From the IMG/VR virus record IMGVR_UViG_3300032322_002561, positions 124,001 through 188,000 of that record: DNA of 64,000 nucleotides; one strand, given 5' to 3'. Positions 1 through 10,859 of this stretch are shown here, one piece after another. Numbering within the stretch: position 1 is the first letter of the stretch; each line of letters starts with the position of its first letter. A model generated the notes under the pieces. It was not told where the DNA came from. It saw only the letters and a list, made by a program, of their open reading frames with translations, and searched no databases. Both the position numbers and the translations under genes were made by a program.

Positions 1-253
1 TCACTGTGGCATCTCCGTATTCTACACGATAATTTTCAACCTGTAGACTGGCCTGGCGATCCAACAGTTCATATCGTATTGTGTACTTACCGGGCCAGGC
101 TTCAATTTGAAAGCTCTCTTGCAGATAGACATTTTGCCAGGTCCAGGTGCGCTCGGTAAACAATTCGTCATCAACGAATGCACGGTACTGTGGCGGTGTC
201 ACAGTCCAGGCACAGTGTACATCGCAAACTATCTTGACGAACTTTTTTGTCAT
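1..253 (-). CDS. hypothetical phage protein, truncated at window edge (MTKKFVKIVCDVHCAW...)
   Basis: Open frame from ATG 253 to base 1, translated by hand (absent from track); TAAATA 5 nt upstream. Confidence 0.7.
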   Translation of the reverse strand, partial: MTKKFVKIVCDVHCAWTVTPPQYRAFVDDELFTERTWTWQNVYLQESFQIEAWPGKYTIRYELLDRQASLQVENYRVEYGDATV

Positions 254-291
254 AAACCTATTTATCATAATCTTAGCCTATAAATATGGCT

Positions 292-1344
292 ATGTTAAAG
301 CTGGCTGATATACGTCGAGTACACGTAGAACTTACAACTCGTTGCAATGCTCGCTGTCCCATGTGTCCTAGAAACTATCGAGGATTTGATTATAATTCTG
401 GATATCCTATAACCGAATTGAGTCTTGCACAATTCAGACACATTTTCCCCGCTAGTTTTCTTGAACAGTTGAGACCGCCACCGTTTCCCAACGATGGGTT
501 CGCGCACAAACACATGAAATTTTACGGTGTATTGTTCAACGGGAATCTAGGCGATTTTGCATTGGCCAAAGATGGTGTAGAAATCGTGGAATATCTAGTC
601 AGTCACGGAGTTCCGGTCAAAATCAGCACCAATGGCAGCATGCGATCTAGATCCTGGTGGAGTCGCCTGGCTCTACCAGATGTCACAATTGGATTTGCCT
701 TGGATGGCTTGGCAGACACGCACAATTTGTATAGACAGGACACTAACTGGCACACAGTCATTGACAATGCCATGGGTTTTATTGGCGCCGGTGGCCAAGC
801 CATATGGCGCTTTATTCCTTTTGAACACAACCAACATCAAGAACAACAATGTAAAGAACTAGCCAAAGAACTAGGCTTTGCAAAATTTGACAACATAGGT
901 GACGGTCGCAACAATTCTCCGGTGTTTACTAGAACTGGAGAATACAGTCATCAAATTGGACATGATCCTAGACCTGCAAATCATGTGCCCAATGTTCACG
1001 TCTTGCTGGACAATCATAAGTCTTGGTTCAATCATCGCACTATTCGAATTGAAAAAGACGAACCCAATCTGCGACTCATATGCGAGCACAAGCGACAAGA
1101 AGAAATATACGTGGCCGCAGACGGCAGTGTGTATCCTTGTTGTTTTTTAGGATACTATCCAGCCACTATGAATCACCCCGGTAACGAGCAGTTGAAAGAA
1201 ATGGTACATGAAAATAATGCCTTGCAATATGATTTGGCACACTGCATGAACTGGTTTGAAAAAATTGAACAATCATGGAAACAGGCCAGCATAGCTGAGG
1301 GAAGATTATATCAGTGTGTGAACACTTGTGGAGGACGATCTTGA
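292..1344 (+). CDS. radical SAM protein with C-terminal SPASM/twitch-like Cys cluster
   Basis: [13 protein letters not shown] (CxxxCxxC), [22 protein letters not shown]; second ATG (292) preferred because the late promoter overlaps ATG 286. Confidence 0.9.
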   Translation: MLKLADIRRVHVELTTRCNARCPMCPRNYRGFDYNSGYPITELSLAQFRHIFPASFLEQLRPPPFPNDGFAHKHMKFYGVLFNGNLGDFALAKDGVEIVEYLVSHGVPVKISTNGSMRSRSWWSRLALPDVTIGFALDGLADTHNLYRQDTNWHTVIDNAMGFIGAGGQAIWRFIPFEHNQHQEQQCKELAKELGFAKFDNIGDGRNNSPVFTRTGEYSHQIGHDPRPANHVPNVHVLLDNHKSWFNHRTIRIEKDEPNLRLICEHKRQEEIYVAADGSVYPCCFLGYYPATMNHPGNEQLKEMVHENNALQYDLAHCMNWFEKIEQSWKQASIAEGRLYQCVNTCGGRS

Positions 1345-1952
1345 ATTTGCAGTTGCAGAGATTGTTCAGTTTGGCCTATACTCCTGAACAACAGGCTAGA
1401 GAGGACCGTGCCGCCAGTAGCATAGCACACACTCAAAAGTTGCGTGATGAATTACCCATGCTGTTTGCTCGGCACGGCATTGTGTCCATGTTTGATGCAG
1501 GCTGTAATGATTGTTCTTGGAGCAGTAGACTTGCCAACACAATTGAATATCATGGTGGTGATATCAGCCTGGCCATGGTGGCACGAGTTTGGCGCGAGCA
1601 TCCTGAACTTGATGTGGTCTTACATGACGTGACCACAGATGCCTTGCCCATGGTACATGTGTTGTTTGTGCGAGATGTAGCCATACATCTAAACAACCAA
1701 GACAAACTGCGCCTGTTACGTAACTGGTTGCTGAGTCAGATACCCTGGTTGATGATCACGCAGGACTATCATGAAACTTGCAATCGTGATTTTGACTATG
1801 ATAAAGTAGATTTTCCCTTGGGCTGGGTAAACTGGAGCCTGGATCCTTGGAATTTTCCTGAGCCCATGGATAGTATCTATGAATTCAATAACAATCAATC
1901 TGGTAGATGCATGGCTCTATGGCATCGTGATCAAATCCGGGGCATGCTATGA
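1341..1952 (+). CDS. class I SAM-dependent methyltransferase
   Basis: MFDAGCND motif I, YHGGDIS, RDVAIHL; probable TTG start overlapping upstream stop. Confidence 0.75.
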   Translation: MNLQLQRLFSLAYTPEQQAREDRAASSIAHTQKLRDELPMLFARHGIVSMFDAGCNDCSWSSRLANTIEYHGGDISLAMVARVWREHPELDVVLHDVTTDALPMVHVLFVRDVAIHLNNQDKLRLLRNWLLSQIPWLMITQDYHETCNRDFDYDKVDFPLGWVNWSLDPWNFPEPMDSIYEFNNNQSGRCMALWHRDQIRGML

Positions 1953-2824
1953 GTGTGGCTCGTGTGTTGTTTTTGGCTAGATATCGTGTGCCACATGCGT
2001 GTTTTGCTCTGCAGTGGGATCACAATCTTGTGGGCATTGATTATACCATAGTGGCCAGTCCGGTGCCCAAACAAGAATTGTGGCCAGTGTTTCACAAATA
2101 CGGTATTGATACCACACGCTTTGAATATGTTCCCGACAGTGTTATATTTGACAAATATCCCGAGGTTGATAACTGGGTATTTCCTGATGACTATCGTGGA
2201 TGGTGGTTGCGACAACAGGCCATAAAATTGAGCTTCCTGGATCACATACAAGAAGAAGTCATGCTCATGCATGATCCAGACACGTTCATGATTGAACCCT
2301 ATTGTTGCTATCGCAATGGCAAATTAAATTTGATGAGTTTAATGAATGTCACACAGGGCAGTTATGAAGGCGTGTTTGAAGCCATTACAGGATTCCCCAG
2401 ACAAACACCGCACTGTTTTGTGACGGAACTGGTTCCAGTTCGGCGCACCGACTGGGTCGCATTGCGAAATCATGTATGGAATCGTTGGCCTGACAAACAC
2501 TGGTTGGATGCCATTATTGATGCTGTACCAGGCATGCCCACAGTGCCACCCTGGGGTAACGGTAACATAATTAAATGGTTCAGCGAATACGAATTTTTAG
2601 GCAATTGGGCAGTGAAATCTGGACATGTGGAATACACTGCACAAAAAAGATTTGAATACGACAATCTAGAATTATTGTCCACACTTGATCCGCGGCAGTT
2701 CAATGCGGTGTGTGATGCAGTTCCAGACTTGAGTCGCAGCATGCAGTTTGACTGGAACACTCTCACAGTGATAGATTTTGATCGTTACAGACGCATGGTA
2801 GAAAAATGTTTAGGGCAAAACTAA
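1949..2824 (+). CDS. putative glycosyltransferase-like protein (paralog of 5213 and 11444)
   Basis: GWWLRQQAIKL, DPDT, FSEYE motifs shared with the other two. Confidence 0.55.
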   Translation: MSVARVLFLARYRVPHACFALQWDHNLVGIDYTIVASPVPKQELWPVFHKYGIDTTRFEYVPDSVIFDKYPEVDNWVFPDDYRGWWLRQQAIKLSFLDHIQEEVMLMHDPDTFMIEPYCCYRNGKLNLMSLMNVTQGSYEGVFEAITGFPRQTPHCFVTELVPVRRTDWVALRNHVWNRWPDKHWLDAIIDAVPGMPTVPPWGNGNIIKWFSEYEFLGNWAVKSGHVEYTAQKRFEYDNLELLSTLDPRQFNAVCDAVPDLSRSMQFDWNTLTVIDFDRYRRMVEKCLGQN

Positions 2825-3900
2825 AATTCAAACTCTGGGCCTATACACATGCTGTTAATTGTGCTGACGACTGGTTTATTGATCCAGACAGCGTAGGCAC
2901 ATACAACGAAGCCTTGTCTGCGGCTTTCAAAGTGGCGGCTGTGCCGGTCATGTTCAATCGATCTAATGATTTTTCATATCAACCCGGTAACGAACACATT
3001 GACATGAGCCAGTTTGATCTGGTACTGCTGAGCGACATAGAATATAGATCAATCGAATCCATAACCGATTGGGCCAACCAACACGGTATTCATAATTGGA
3101 TTTTGGCCACAGGCGGATATGATCTGAATACCCCATTTGATTATGATCGCTGGGTGTACCGAGCTTGGTGGATCTACAACAGAGATATTCCATTCAATCA
3201 ATATCAAGAAGTTCGTGACGGTAAAAAAACATTTGTGTGCGATGCTTTGTTGGGCAGTCGAAGACCCAATCGTGACTTTGTAATGTTGAGCATGCAAAAA
3301 CACAATCTGTTGCATCGTAATCTAGTGACTTATCGCGAAGTGTTTACTGGCAATCAAGTTACCGACGTGTCTATGTATGTAAAGCAACATTTTGATGGCA
3401 CAGAATTAAATTTTCCCTATGTGAGTCCCAATCTTGATCCAGCCTGGGAAGTCAGCGATGTGGTTCGCCATTCAGACAGTCAAACTGTACCCTGGGAAAT
3501 ATATCGTAGAAGCTGGATCAGTTTAGCTGTAGAAAGTGTCAGCTCAGGATCCACATTTTTCATGGCAGAAAAAATTTCCAAGCCCATGATGGCCGCTAGA
3601 CCATTTGTGGTATTTGGAATCAAGGGTTTTTTACACACACTACGAGTTTTGGGATTCAAGACATTTGAACCCTACATTGACGAAAGCTATGACATGATTG
3701 ACAATGATATTCTGCGTTGGGAAGCTGCTTTTGCTGAAATCCGTAGACTTCATGATGTAGATCTAGATAGACTTTACATGCACCTGGAAGAACGGCTCAC
3801 ACATAATTTTCGTTGGATCAAAACTCTAAAAGATCATGCCAATCACAATGTGGCCATGCTGTTGCGCAAACACATACACATCAGGTATTGGTTAAATTAA
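2806..3900 (+). CDS. putative glycosyltransferase-like phage protein
   Basis: C-terminal VES...EKISKP...PFVVFG...GFKTF...IDESYD resembles fucosyltransferase-like phage proteins. Confidence 0.5.
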   Translation: MFRAKLKFKLWAYTHAVNCADDWFIDPDSVGTYNEALSAAFKVAAVPVMFNRSNDFSYQPGNEHIDMSQFDLVLLSDIEYRSIESITDWANQHGIHNWILATGGYDLNTPFDYDRWVYRAWWIYNRDIPFNQYQEVRDGKKTFVCDALLGSRRPNRDFVMLSMQKHNLLHRNLVTYREVFTGNQVTDVSMYVKQHFDGTELNFPYVSPNLDPAWEVSDVVRHSDSQTVPWEIYRRSWISLAVESVSSGSTFFMAEKISKPMMAARPFVVFGIKGFLHTLRVLGFKTFEPYIDESYDMIDNDILRWEAAFAEIRRLHDVDLDRLYMHLEERLTHNFRWIKTLKDHANHNVAMLLRKHIHIRYWLN

Positions 3901-4704
3901 ACCAAAGTCTTTGGTAATTCTACGGTACCACTGATCAGCAATTATTTCCTGCCCGCGAGCACTTGAGTGATATCCGGGATCTTCACCTGTGAAAGGATTG
4001 TTACCGCATATGGCCTGCGGTGATTCAGACGAGTCTGTGAGCAGGTAGTGGTCTGGTATAACCGCAGGAAAGGTATCACGCCATTGCGTGGGACGAGCAC
4101 TGTCAAATGGCCACAACAAGTTTGGCAAAAACAAAAATTTTATACCAGCCGACCACATCTGCATGACCCCGTCACGCATGATCCACTCGTCGCATTGTTT
4201 TTTCCACTCGTTGTCATATATGGTATCGATCCAGGCTCGGATACCGCGTTGTGCGTCTTTGGATATTCTGGACATTCTGTAGGGGTGATCAAAATTTTCA
4301 GCCAGCGTAAAAATAGTCTCACAGATCATGTTTGATGGCTCTTGACCATAGTTTACATTACGTATGCCATCTTCACGACGATATCCCACACCCAAGTTGC
4401 GATTTTGCAAGTGGCGTTCCAGGGGCGGATTTTCCCCTGCGCTGGGTGCTTGATTCCAATCATATGGTGCCGAATTAGCGGGTATTTCCATGCGGTCCCA
4501 AAACGTTGCACTGACTATGGCAAAGTCTGGACGTTGGCGTATGATCTCGTCTATTTGAATCCTAATGCCACCATTGGAGCAACCCTGTCGGGCTAGATTT
4601 TCTAAGTCCCAGCCCAAACGACCGGCTAATACTTCGCTCCAGGAGGTGCCTGGTGCAGTTTTACTGACTGCACTAAAGCTACATCCAGCCACCATGAGTT
4701 TCAT
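3892..4704 (-). CDS. SGNH/GDSL-like hydrolase
   Basis: N-terminal AGCSFS, NLARQGCSN, C-terminal DPGYH. Confidence 0.65.
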   Translation of the reverse strand: MKLMVAGCSFSAVSKTAPGTSWSEVLAGRLGWDLENLARQGCSNGGIRIQIDEIIRQRPDFAIVSATFWDRMEIPANSAPYDWNQAPSAGENPPLERHLQNRNLGVGYRREDGIRNVNYGQEPSNMICETIFTLAENFDHPYRMSRISKDAQRGIRAWIDTIYDNEWKKQCDEWIMRDGVMQMWSAGIKFLFLPNLLWPFDSARPTQWRDTFPAVIPDHYLLTDSSESPQAICGNNPFTGEDPGYHSSARGQEIIADQWYRRITKDFGLI

Positions 4705-5216
4705 GACATTTCCTTGTAACTGTTTTGATGCCCGCTGGAGTGAAATCCCGCAATGACCGTGCCGTGCATGGGTAGCTCTTCTAAACTGTAGGCCGTGCTT
4801 GGTACAGAATATGTCACAGTGCCTTGTCCGGGCGGAGCAAAACTCACCAACCCGCGATGATTTTTCACGGCATCATGAATCAGTTGATGATGTATGTGTC
4901 CATAATCGCCGAACTGATCATGAGTCAACACCAGGTCGTATTCCTGTGCCAATTCCCAACATTTATGTTGTGCTTCCTCTGCTGACCAACGAGTGAATTT
5001 TTGTAGTTCCTGATCGTGCCAGTCATCTTCAAAACCAAGAAACACACAGGAAATTCCACGTCGGTTCCAAAAATTTTTAAGTTCTTGACTCCTTGCTTCG
5101 TGTTCTTGATAAGTCAAATATGCTATGGTCCATGTAAATTCTGGATGATGATATATGTAACCAAACGCAAAGATTACACAATCATCAGGATGAGCTACAA
5201 GACAGAGTGCGTTCAT
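4701..5216 (-). CDS. PIG-L/LmbE-family de-N-acetylase
   Basis: VAHPDD and GDYGHIHH motifs. Confidence 0.8.
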   Translation of the reverse strand: MNALCLVAHPDDCVIFAFGYIYHHPEFTWTIAYLTYQEHEARSQELKNFWNRRGISCVFLGFEDDWHDQELQKFTRWSAEEAQHKCWELAQEYDLVLTHDQFGDYGHIHHQLIHDAVKNHRGLVSFAPPGQGTVTYSVPSTAYSLEELPMHGTVIAGFHSSGHQNSYKEMS

Positions 5217-6058
5217 TTTAAATTGAAGGCCATGAACATGCGTTGATCAATCAACAACATGCGATAACTGTTGCGTTGGTCTTCATTGAGTTGTTGCCAT
5301 GCTTTTCGATGCACGCTGACTGTGAGAGTAAGGGGCGATCTCATCTCTTTTATCAGTCGATCAAATTCACCTACCTGTGTATGACATACGTTTATAACTT
5401 GTCCTAGAGTGTTGTCTCGAGTATACAACGCATCCAAACTACCATAATGCATCTGACAAAAAGCCGAGTACAACATGAACTCAGTCATGTTGCCCTGTTG
5501 TTGAAACCATAAAGCAAAAGTGGTGTTGGTGCGTTTTGTTACTTCAGCAATCATGAGACGAATGGTATCATTATGAAAAAAGAATGGAACCCCACCGGGA
5601 CCTGCTTGCAGTTGCATGTCAATGTCAAACAATCGATTGCATGTTTCACGTGCAGGTTCAAATACCGGGTAAATTGGCAATTGGCCCAGGGTCAGTTGCT
5701 TGTGACGGTTGAATAAATCATCCAACAACAGATCGCGAACAAACACAGTCTTGGCATCCAGTACCATGGTATAAACATTATAGCTCATGCTGGCCACCAG
5801 CATTTTCCATAACTGCTGTGTGACCCATCCATTATCGGTCCAAGGAGAGGAAAATGCAGTCCTGGGTATCACTAAAACTTTTTCACTAAGATGTCCCCAC
5901 CAAGCAGGATCAATTTTTTCTACCAAAGTTTCGTGGTCATTCAAGACCACATAGATATTTCGTATGCCTAGATTTTGACAGTACATGTCAATGCTGGCAG
6001 CTTGGATGCGCAGTATAGGTAATTCTTCTTCAAAAACCACGGTGCAGATATCAATCAT
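5213..6058 (-). CDS. putative glycosyltransferase-like protein (paralog family)
   Basis: GWVTQQLWKM, VLDAK, PFFF, TEFMLY. Confidence 0.55.
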   Translation of the reverse strand: MIDICTVVFEEELPILRIQAASIDMYCQNLGIRNIYVVLNDHETLVEKIDPAWWGHLSEKVLVIPRTAFSSPWTDNGWVTQQLWKMLVASMSYNVYTMVLDAKTVFVRDLLLDDLFNRHKQLTLGQLPIYPVFEPARETCNRLFDIDMQLQAGPGGVPFFFHNDTIRLMIAEVTKRTNTTFALWFQQQGNMTEFMLYSAFCQMHYGSLDALYTRDNTLGQVINVCHTQVGEFDRLIKEMRSPLTLTVSVHRKAWQQLNEDQRNSYRMLLIDQRMFMAFNLK

Positions 6059-6089
6059 GCACTTATGTATCTGTGTTTGCTAGTGATTA

Positions 6090-6584
6090 TTAAATTATTT
6101 TGTGCCACACGTTATCAGGCCCCACATCAAATTTGATTTGACAAATATCCAATGCTTGTTGCACTGAGGGGTAGTCAACATCGTGTCCAATTAACCCGCG
6201 ATCGGTTTTTAACAAAGGTTGATACGCTTCAATATCCCTAACCACACTTTTTGTGCCATGGCCAGCATCAATAAAACAAAAATCAATCCGGTGATTGATA
6301 CGTTTGGCCTGTTCCCAACTGGTACCTTCTAACACCATTAATCGATCACCGTATTTTGTTGCCACAGAGGAATTATAAAATTGAGAGATGTTGTTATCAA
6401 CCGCATACATTTTCAACGTGGGGTTATGATCTAATAGATAAAATAACACTCTTCCAAATCTTACACCAACTTCAACACCAATCATCCAATTATGTTTTTT
6501 GACCTGTTGATCAAGATATAGCTCGCGTTGAGCTGGCAGAGTCCAACTCACAGTCATCGGTAAAGGATTTTTTATTTTAGCCAC
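6090..6584 (-). CDS. class I SAM methyltransferase (Methyltransf_24-like)
   Basis: VEVGVRFG, FIDAGH, IGHD. Confidence 0.8.
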   Translation of the reverse strand: MAKIKNPLPMTVSWTLPAQRELYLDQQVKKHNWMIGVEVGVRFGRVLFYLLDHNPTLKMYAVDNNISQFYNSSVATKYGDRLMVLEGTSWEQAKRINHRIDFCFIDAGHGTKSVVRDIEAYQPLLKTDRGLIGHDVDYPSVQQALDICQIKFDVGPDNVWHKII

Positions 6585-6590
6585 GTAAAA

Positions 6591-7187
6591 TTATTTGCGT
6601 CCAATTACCATGAATCTTGTGTATTCGGTTTCGGGATCACGTAAACGCATACGTCCATGATATAAAACTTTGCTAAGTGGAAAACGGTCCACTATGTCTT
6701 GTGTGCTTTCAAAATTCTTGTTTGGATCATGATCTCGCGCTTGCATGGCCACCAAGGTGCCCGAGGGTATGTTCAAGAACCAAGCTCGACCAGGCATGTC
6801 AGTAAGGCTGGTATTGATCACACAGCCCTGATCGCCTAGCTGTCTATAATCTAGCCGGTTGCTGTCAGCCAACATATATTCTGCATTGTCGACGCCCACA
6901 CGATCCAGTATCTTCTTGCTGCTTGATAAAAATTTCTTGTTTTTTTCTACCAGGACGATTTTGTCTGCACTGATTCGGCCTTCCAAGGTCATGTACAAGG
7001 CAGTGTTGCCATACCAGGAACCCAGCATGTAGATGGTTGAGAAACGATCTTGAATGCGTTCCAGTTCTTTCAACAACCAGACTTTGCTGGCTGTGAGATC
7101 GCGTGTGAAACTGCCAGCAAGGCTGTAGCCACTGCTTTCGTCTAGGTTAGACTGGTGCGTAAGGAAGTCTTGGAGTATCACTGCCAT
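6591..7187 (-). CDS. class I SAM methyltransferase with putative cleavable leader (ILQDFL...NLDE)
   Basis: MLGSWYG motif I, INTS, C-terminal YTRFMVIG. Confidence 0.7.
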   Translation of the reverse strand: MAVILQDFLTHQSNLDESSGYSLAGSFTRDLTASKVWLLKELERIQDRFSTIYMLGSWYGNTALYMTLEGRISADKIVLVEKNKKFLSSSKKILDRVGVDNAEYMLADSNRLDYRQLGDQGCVINTSLTDMPGRAWFLNIPSGTLVAMQARDHDPNKNFESTQDIVDRFPLSKVLYHGRMRLRDPETEYTRFMVIGRK

Positions 7188-7214
7188 CGTCCTCAGGCCA
7201 TACTGGATAATCGT

Positions 7215-7784
7215 TCATAGACCTGCCTTGGCCAGTGCAGCGCCTTTGTTGAAACTGGGACTATAAGGACTGTTGCCATCAACACCACCACGTGCTTTTG
7301 ACCATGCATAGCCTGCACGATGACCCGAACAGTCTTTGGTGCATTCGCTACCCAAGAACTGTAGTTCGTCCAACTGTTGTTCAGTTACTGGACCACCTTC
7401 AACCCAGGCATCACAGGTACGCTTGGCAGCACATTTGAATTTCAAGAATTTACAGTAGCCCAAATCGCCTGCATCAATGGTGTCGTGCGGATCACTTCCA
7501 GGTTCAGTGCCAATGCCACGGGCAATACAATCTAACATATCTTCTGATATGTCAAAGGCCGCACAGTTGCCACAACGGTTTTGTTTTACTGATTCAATGT
7601 CGTCGGTGTTCCACTTGTCAGCCAATTCAACCCAGTATTCTTCATTGGGCTCGTTGGGGTTCAAGGGCCCATAGTGATATTCGTCTATGGCTTTTTGACG
7701 ATTACGTAAATTAAGATCGATGCTCTGTGTGGCCGGAGGACAACCTTTTTCCACTGCTTCGATCAAGTTAATTAAATCACGCAC
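7215..7784 (-). CDS. putative head-cargo protein with two Cys-rich modules
   Basis: Leader MRDLINLIE; CGNC..C..C..C module; LDE then LQFLGSECTKDCSGH module. Confidence 0.6.
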   Translation of the reverse strand: MRDLINLIEAVEKGCPPATQSIDLNLRNRQKAIDEYHYGPLNPNEPNEEYWVELADKWNTDDIESVKQNRCGNCAAFDISEDMLDCIARGIGTEPGSDPHDTIDAGDLGYCKFLKFKCAAKRTCDAWVEGGPVTEQQLDELQFLGSECTKDCSGHRAGYAWSKARGGVDGNSPYSPSFNKGAALAKAGL

Positions 7785-7899
7785 TTTCTTTTAACCTTTG
7801 ACGATAAATGTGCAAGGCCTCGGTGAGATTCGCAGCCTCTATAACTTCGACTCGTTTACTGCCGTCGGTATTGGTGTGGGTAAATGTATAAGTTTTCAT
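7777..7899 (-). CDS. 40-aa small protein MKTYTFTHTNTDGSKRVEVIEAANLTEALHIYRQRLKESA
   Basis: Fills the gap with overlaps to both neighbours; translated by hand. Confidence 0.6.
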   Translation of the reverse strand: MKTYTFTHTNTDGSKRVEVIEAANLTEALHIYRQRLKESA

Positions 7900-9995
7900 A
7901 GTGTCATGCTACGTGGTTGTCCAAACACACGAATGGCTGCTTGTAATTGACGACGAAATGGTTCACCACTGCGATCATATTCAATCATGAGCCAGTTGCC
8001 CAGGCGATCTTGCACAAGTCCATATTCTTGTGCGGTACGGGCACTGTCCACTGTGAAGTAGTGCAGACGTCGAGCTCGTGGTTTACCGGGTTGTTGTTCA
8101 CGTACCAATGTAAGTTTGGCCACTGCCTGTTGCACGTCTTGTGGAAGTTTTTGCAAGGGTATTGGTACTTGTGTATATTGTCCAGTGGCAGAGTCGGTGT
8201 GAACCAGGATCATGGTACCATTGGGTTTTTTGGTAAATCTATAACCCAGGCGTTGCATGTCATTGCGTAGATCGGGTATTAGGCCTTGGGGATCACCGCG
8301 CACAATAAGCGTGATCATGTTAAGGGCTTTTTGTATGGCTAGATCTTGTCCAGGCAATTTGGGTTGTGGTTCCATGGCTCCGGGCAATGGAACGATTTCC
8401 TCTTGTAGCATACTATACAATGCACGGAACACTGATTCTTTTGTACCTGTTTTCATAACTCTTGGATCCCATGGTGGTGTTTGACTTCTGGTAGGAAACT
8501 TTAAAACTGTTGCGTCTGTTGGTTGTGGTGTAGCAGGTGTTGTGGATTGCGGTATGTTGACCACGTTGCTGCCACCACGCAGCGGTAGCTCGGATTGTGT
8601 TGGTTGCGGCGTTATTGGTTCTGCAAACAGGTCGCCTTGTTCGGGGTCGGCAGTTAGATCTTTTGCCAGTTTGTCTAATGCCGGGGATCGTGTTGGTTCG
8701 GCCTTGACCTTGGGAGTTGGTTTACGTGCTTTGCGACGTTGGACTGGTTTTTCTTTACCGGTAGCAACTGCTGGTGTAGTGTCTGGTTCTGCTGGTGTGG
8801 CAGGTTTCTTTTTTGGCGCAGCTTTGGATCTCACAGCTGGCTTTTCATCAGACTTTGGTTTGGGAGTAGGCAATGCAGGCTTCTTACCAGCGGCAATGTC
8901 TGCGGCTGTGTCTTTGGTGTCTGTGGGAGTCATACCTTGATCTTTGGCCCAGGTATCAAGTTCTTGGAAACGTCGTTCTTTGTCTTGTAGATCAGCCACC
9001 AATTCGGCCTGTTGTTGACGCAGTTGGCGTTCTTGTGCCAAGAGATCTCGTATGTCTTCGCGATCCTGTGCCTGCGTTTTGCGATAGTCAAAAATCAAGG
9101 CTTCAAGGTCGCTTTGTGCTTCAGGATTTTCAGCTCGTAGTTGGCGCATGATTCTCTGCGTTCTAGGATTGTCAAAATCTGTTTCTCTTTTTTCAAGCAC
9201 CGTGCTCTTGCCTAACTGCACAGTGCGGTCAGGAGGCAAAGGCTTTTGGGGAGTGCGTAAGCGGTGCATGACAATGGTTTGTTCAATGCGTTTGGCCACG
9301 GCTTGGGCTGTATCTGCATCTTCTTGTTTGACAGCTTCTTGAAACTTTTCCAACAAGGGCTTGATTTCGGGATATATGTCATCAAAGCTGGTGATTTTAT
9401 TGGTCAAGGCCTTGACCACTTGATTGGTATTGTATATTTTCAAACGATTCCGAATGGTGTAATATGCACCCAGCGTAAATGCTGTGCCGCCCAAGATTGC
9501 AACAGCCAAGGCATCTCGTAAGGCATTGTCAAGAAAAGGATCTACTGCTTCCAGTGTTCGGGTGGGTGGTTTTATACGATCTATTCTTGGTGCAATGTTG
9601 GCTGTGACATCAGTAGCCGCCGGTGCTGTGCCGTATTTGGCTTGTTTTTTCTTTTCTTTGCTGAGTTTTTGTTGTGCGATCAAAGGAGCTAGCCTGCGAT
9701 CAAGATCGGCCAACTGTGCTCGCAGTTGTGGTAGTTGGCTTGGCTTGTATGGTATACCATAGATTTTGCTGGCCTGTTTGATAGCATCCTCGTAGTCCAA
9801 TACTATGCCTTCACGACCAGCATCTCGCATGGCCATGGCAGCTGCTTTGTACAGCAGTTGATTGGCAGTGATTTCTGGACCTACTTTGACTTCTTCCACA
9901 GGCACACAGTTGGGCACCTGACGATCGCCTTTTTTCTTCATGCCAGCTTGGCGGTAACCCTTCCAGCAACGTTCAGATAAATCTTGAAACTTCAT
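7896..9995 (-). CDS. multi-module putative head-cargo polyprotein
   Basis: Leader MKFQDLSE; CWKGY...PNCVP peptide; coiled-coil and Pro/Ala/Lys segments separated by [LV]xE. Confidence 0.65.
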   Translation of the reverse strand: MKFQDLSERCWKGYRQAGMKKKGDRQVPNCVPVEEVKVGPEITANQLLYKAAAMAMRDAGREGIVLDYEDAIKQASKIYGIPYKPSQLPQLRAQLADLDRRLAPLIAQQKLSKEKKKQAKYGTAPAATDVTANIAPRIDRIKPPTRTLEAVDPFLDNALRDALAVAILGGTAFTLGAYYTIRNRLKIYNTNQVVKALTNKITSFDDIYPEIKPLLEKFQEAVKQEDADTAQAVAKRIEQTIVMHRLRTPQKPLPPDRTVQLGKSTVLEKRETDFDNPRTQRIMRQLRAENPEAQSDLEALIFDYRKTQAQDREDIRDLLAQERQLRQQQAELVADLQDKERRFQELDTWAKDQGMTPTDTKDTAADIAAGKKPALPTPKPKSDEKPAVRSKAAPKKKPATPAEPDTTPAVATGKEKPVQRRKARKPTPKVKAEPTRSPALDKLAKDLTADPEQGDLFAEPITPQPTQSELPLRGGSNVVNIPQSTTPATPQPTDATVLKFPTRSQTPPWDPRVMKTGTKESVFRALYSMLQEEIVPLPGAMEPQPKLPGQDLAIQKALNMITLIVRGDPQGLIPDLRNDMQRLGYRFTKKPNGTMILVHTDSATGQYTQVPIPLQKLPQDVQQAVAKLTLVREQQPGKPRARRLHYFTVDSARTAQEYGLVQDRLGNWLMIEYDRSGEPFRRQLQAAIRVFGQPRSMTL

Positions 9996-10828
9996 TTTTT
10001 CTTGTTGCCCCAGTTGGCGGCACCTTTCTTACGACATTGCACAAGGGCACCCGATGCATAAGCTGACGGCCAGACCTTGTAACGACTTTTTACTTTTTGA
10101 TAGCAGGCGTCTTGTTTTTCATCAACTTGATCTCGGTTGACATGTTTTTCTAAACGATCAATAGCACCCTTCATGTCTTCGCGACCTTGCCGGGCTGCGG
10201 CCTGACGCTTTGCTTCTATTTCGTCGTGTTTGCGTTCGCGTTCAGCGGCAGCACGTCTAAATTTTTCCAGTGCAGTTTGACCTTTGCCTTCATCCATGTC
10301 ACGCTGACGACGCTTGCCAAAGTATCGTTGTATGGCAGGATCATCACGATCCACTGCTACCAGGCGCTCGGGACTGATATACCAGCCTTTACCGTCACGA
10401 TCTAGTATGCGAACTCTACGCTCGCTGGGATCACCACTCATGCGGAACACTTCCCCATATTCGCCATCCTGACTGTCACGCACATAATCACCGTCTCGCA
10501 AGCGGCTATCTTCGTCATCATACCAGTCATCGTCGTCTGTGTATTGTTCTTTTACTTTGGTGGCCACATTTTTAGCGGCTCCTCTACGTTCTGGATCGGG
10601 ATCTTCTCTGCGCTTCTTGGCCGCAGCTGACGCACGACCTTTTTTGCCCAGGGCATGTGCCTTGCTCTGTGGCAGGCATTTTGGTTTGCCTTCTGATTCT
10701 GATCCTCGGGCACAACTGCCACGGATTTTACCATCGGGGCCAAAACGCACCCATTTTTCCTTGAACCACTTGCGTAGGTTTTCTTCAACGGGGTCAACAG
10801 TGTTTTCAAATAAATCAGTCAAAATCAT
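9992..10828 (-). CDS. putative head-cargo polyprotein of basic Cys-paired peptides and an SH3/KOW-like module
   Basis: Leader MILTDLFE; junctions VEE/NLRKW, VKE/QY, MDE/GK, VDE/KQDAC. Confidence 0.65.
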   Translation of the reverse strand: MILTDLFENTVDPVEENLRKWFKEKWVRFGPDGKIRGSCARGSESEGKPKCLPQSKAHALGKKGRASAAAKKRREDPDPERRGAAKNVATKVKEQYTDDDDWYDDEDSRLRDGDYVRDSQDGEYGEVFRMSGDPSERRVRILDRDGKGWYISPERLVAVDRDDPAIQRYFGKRRQRDMDEGKGQTALEKFRRAAAERERKHDEIEAKRQAAARQGREDMKGAIDRLEKHVNRDQVDEKQDACYQKVKSRYKVWPSAYASGALVQCRKKGAANWGNKKK

Positions 10829-10859
10829 GGTTTTGTTCTCTCTGAATATTTATTGCGTT

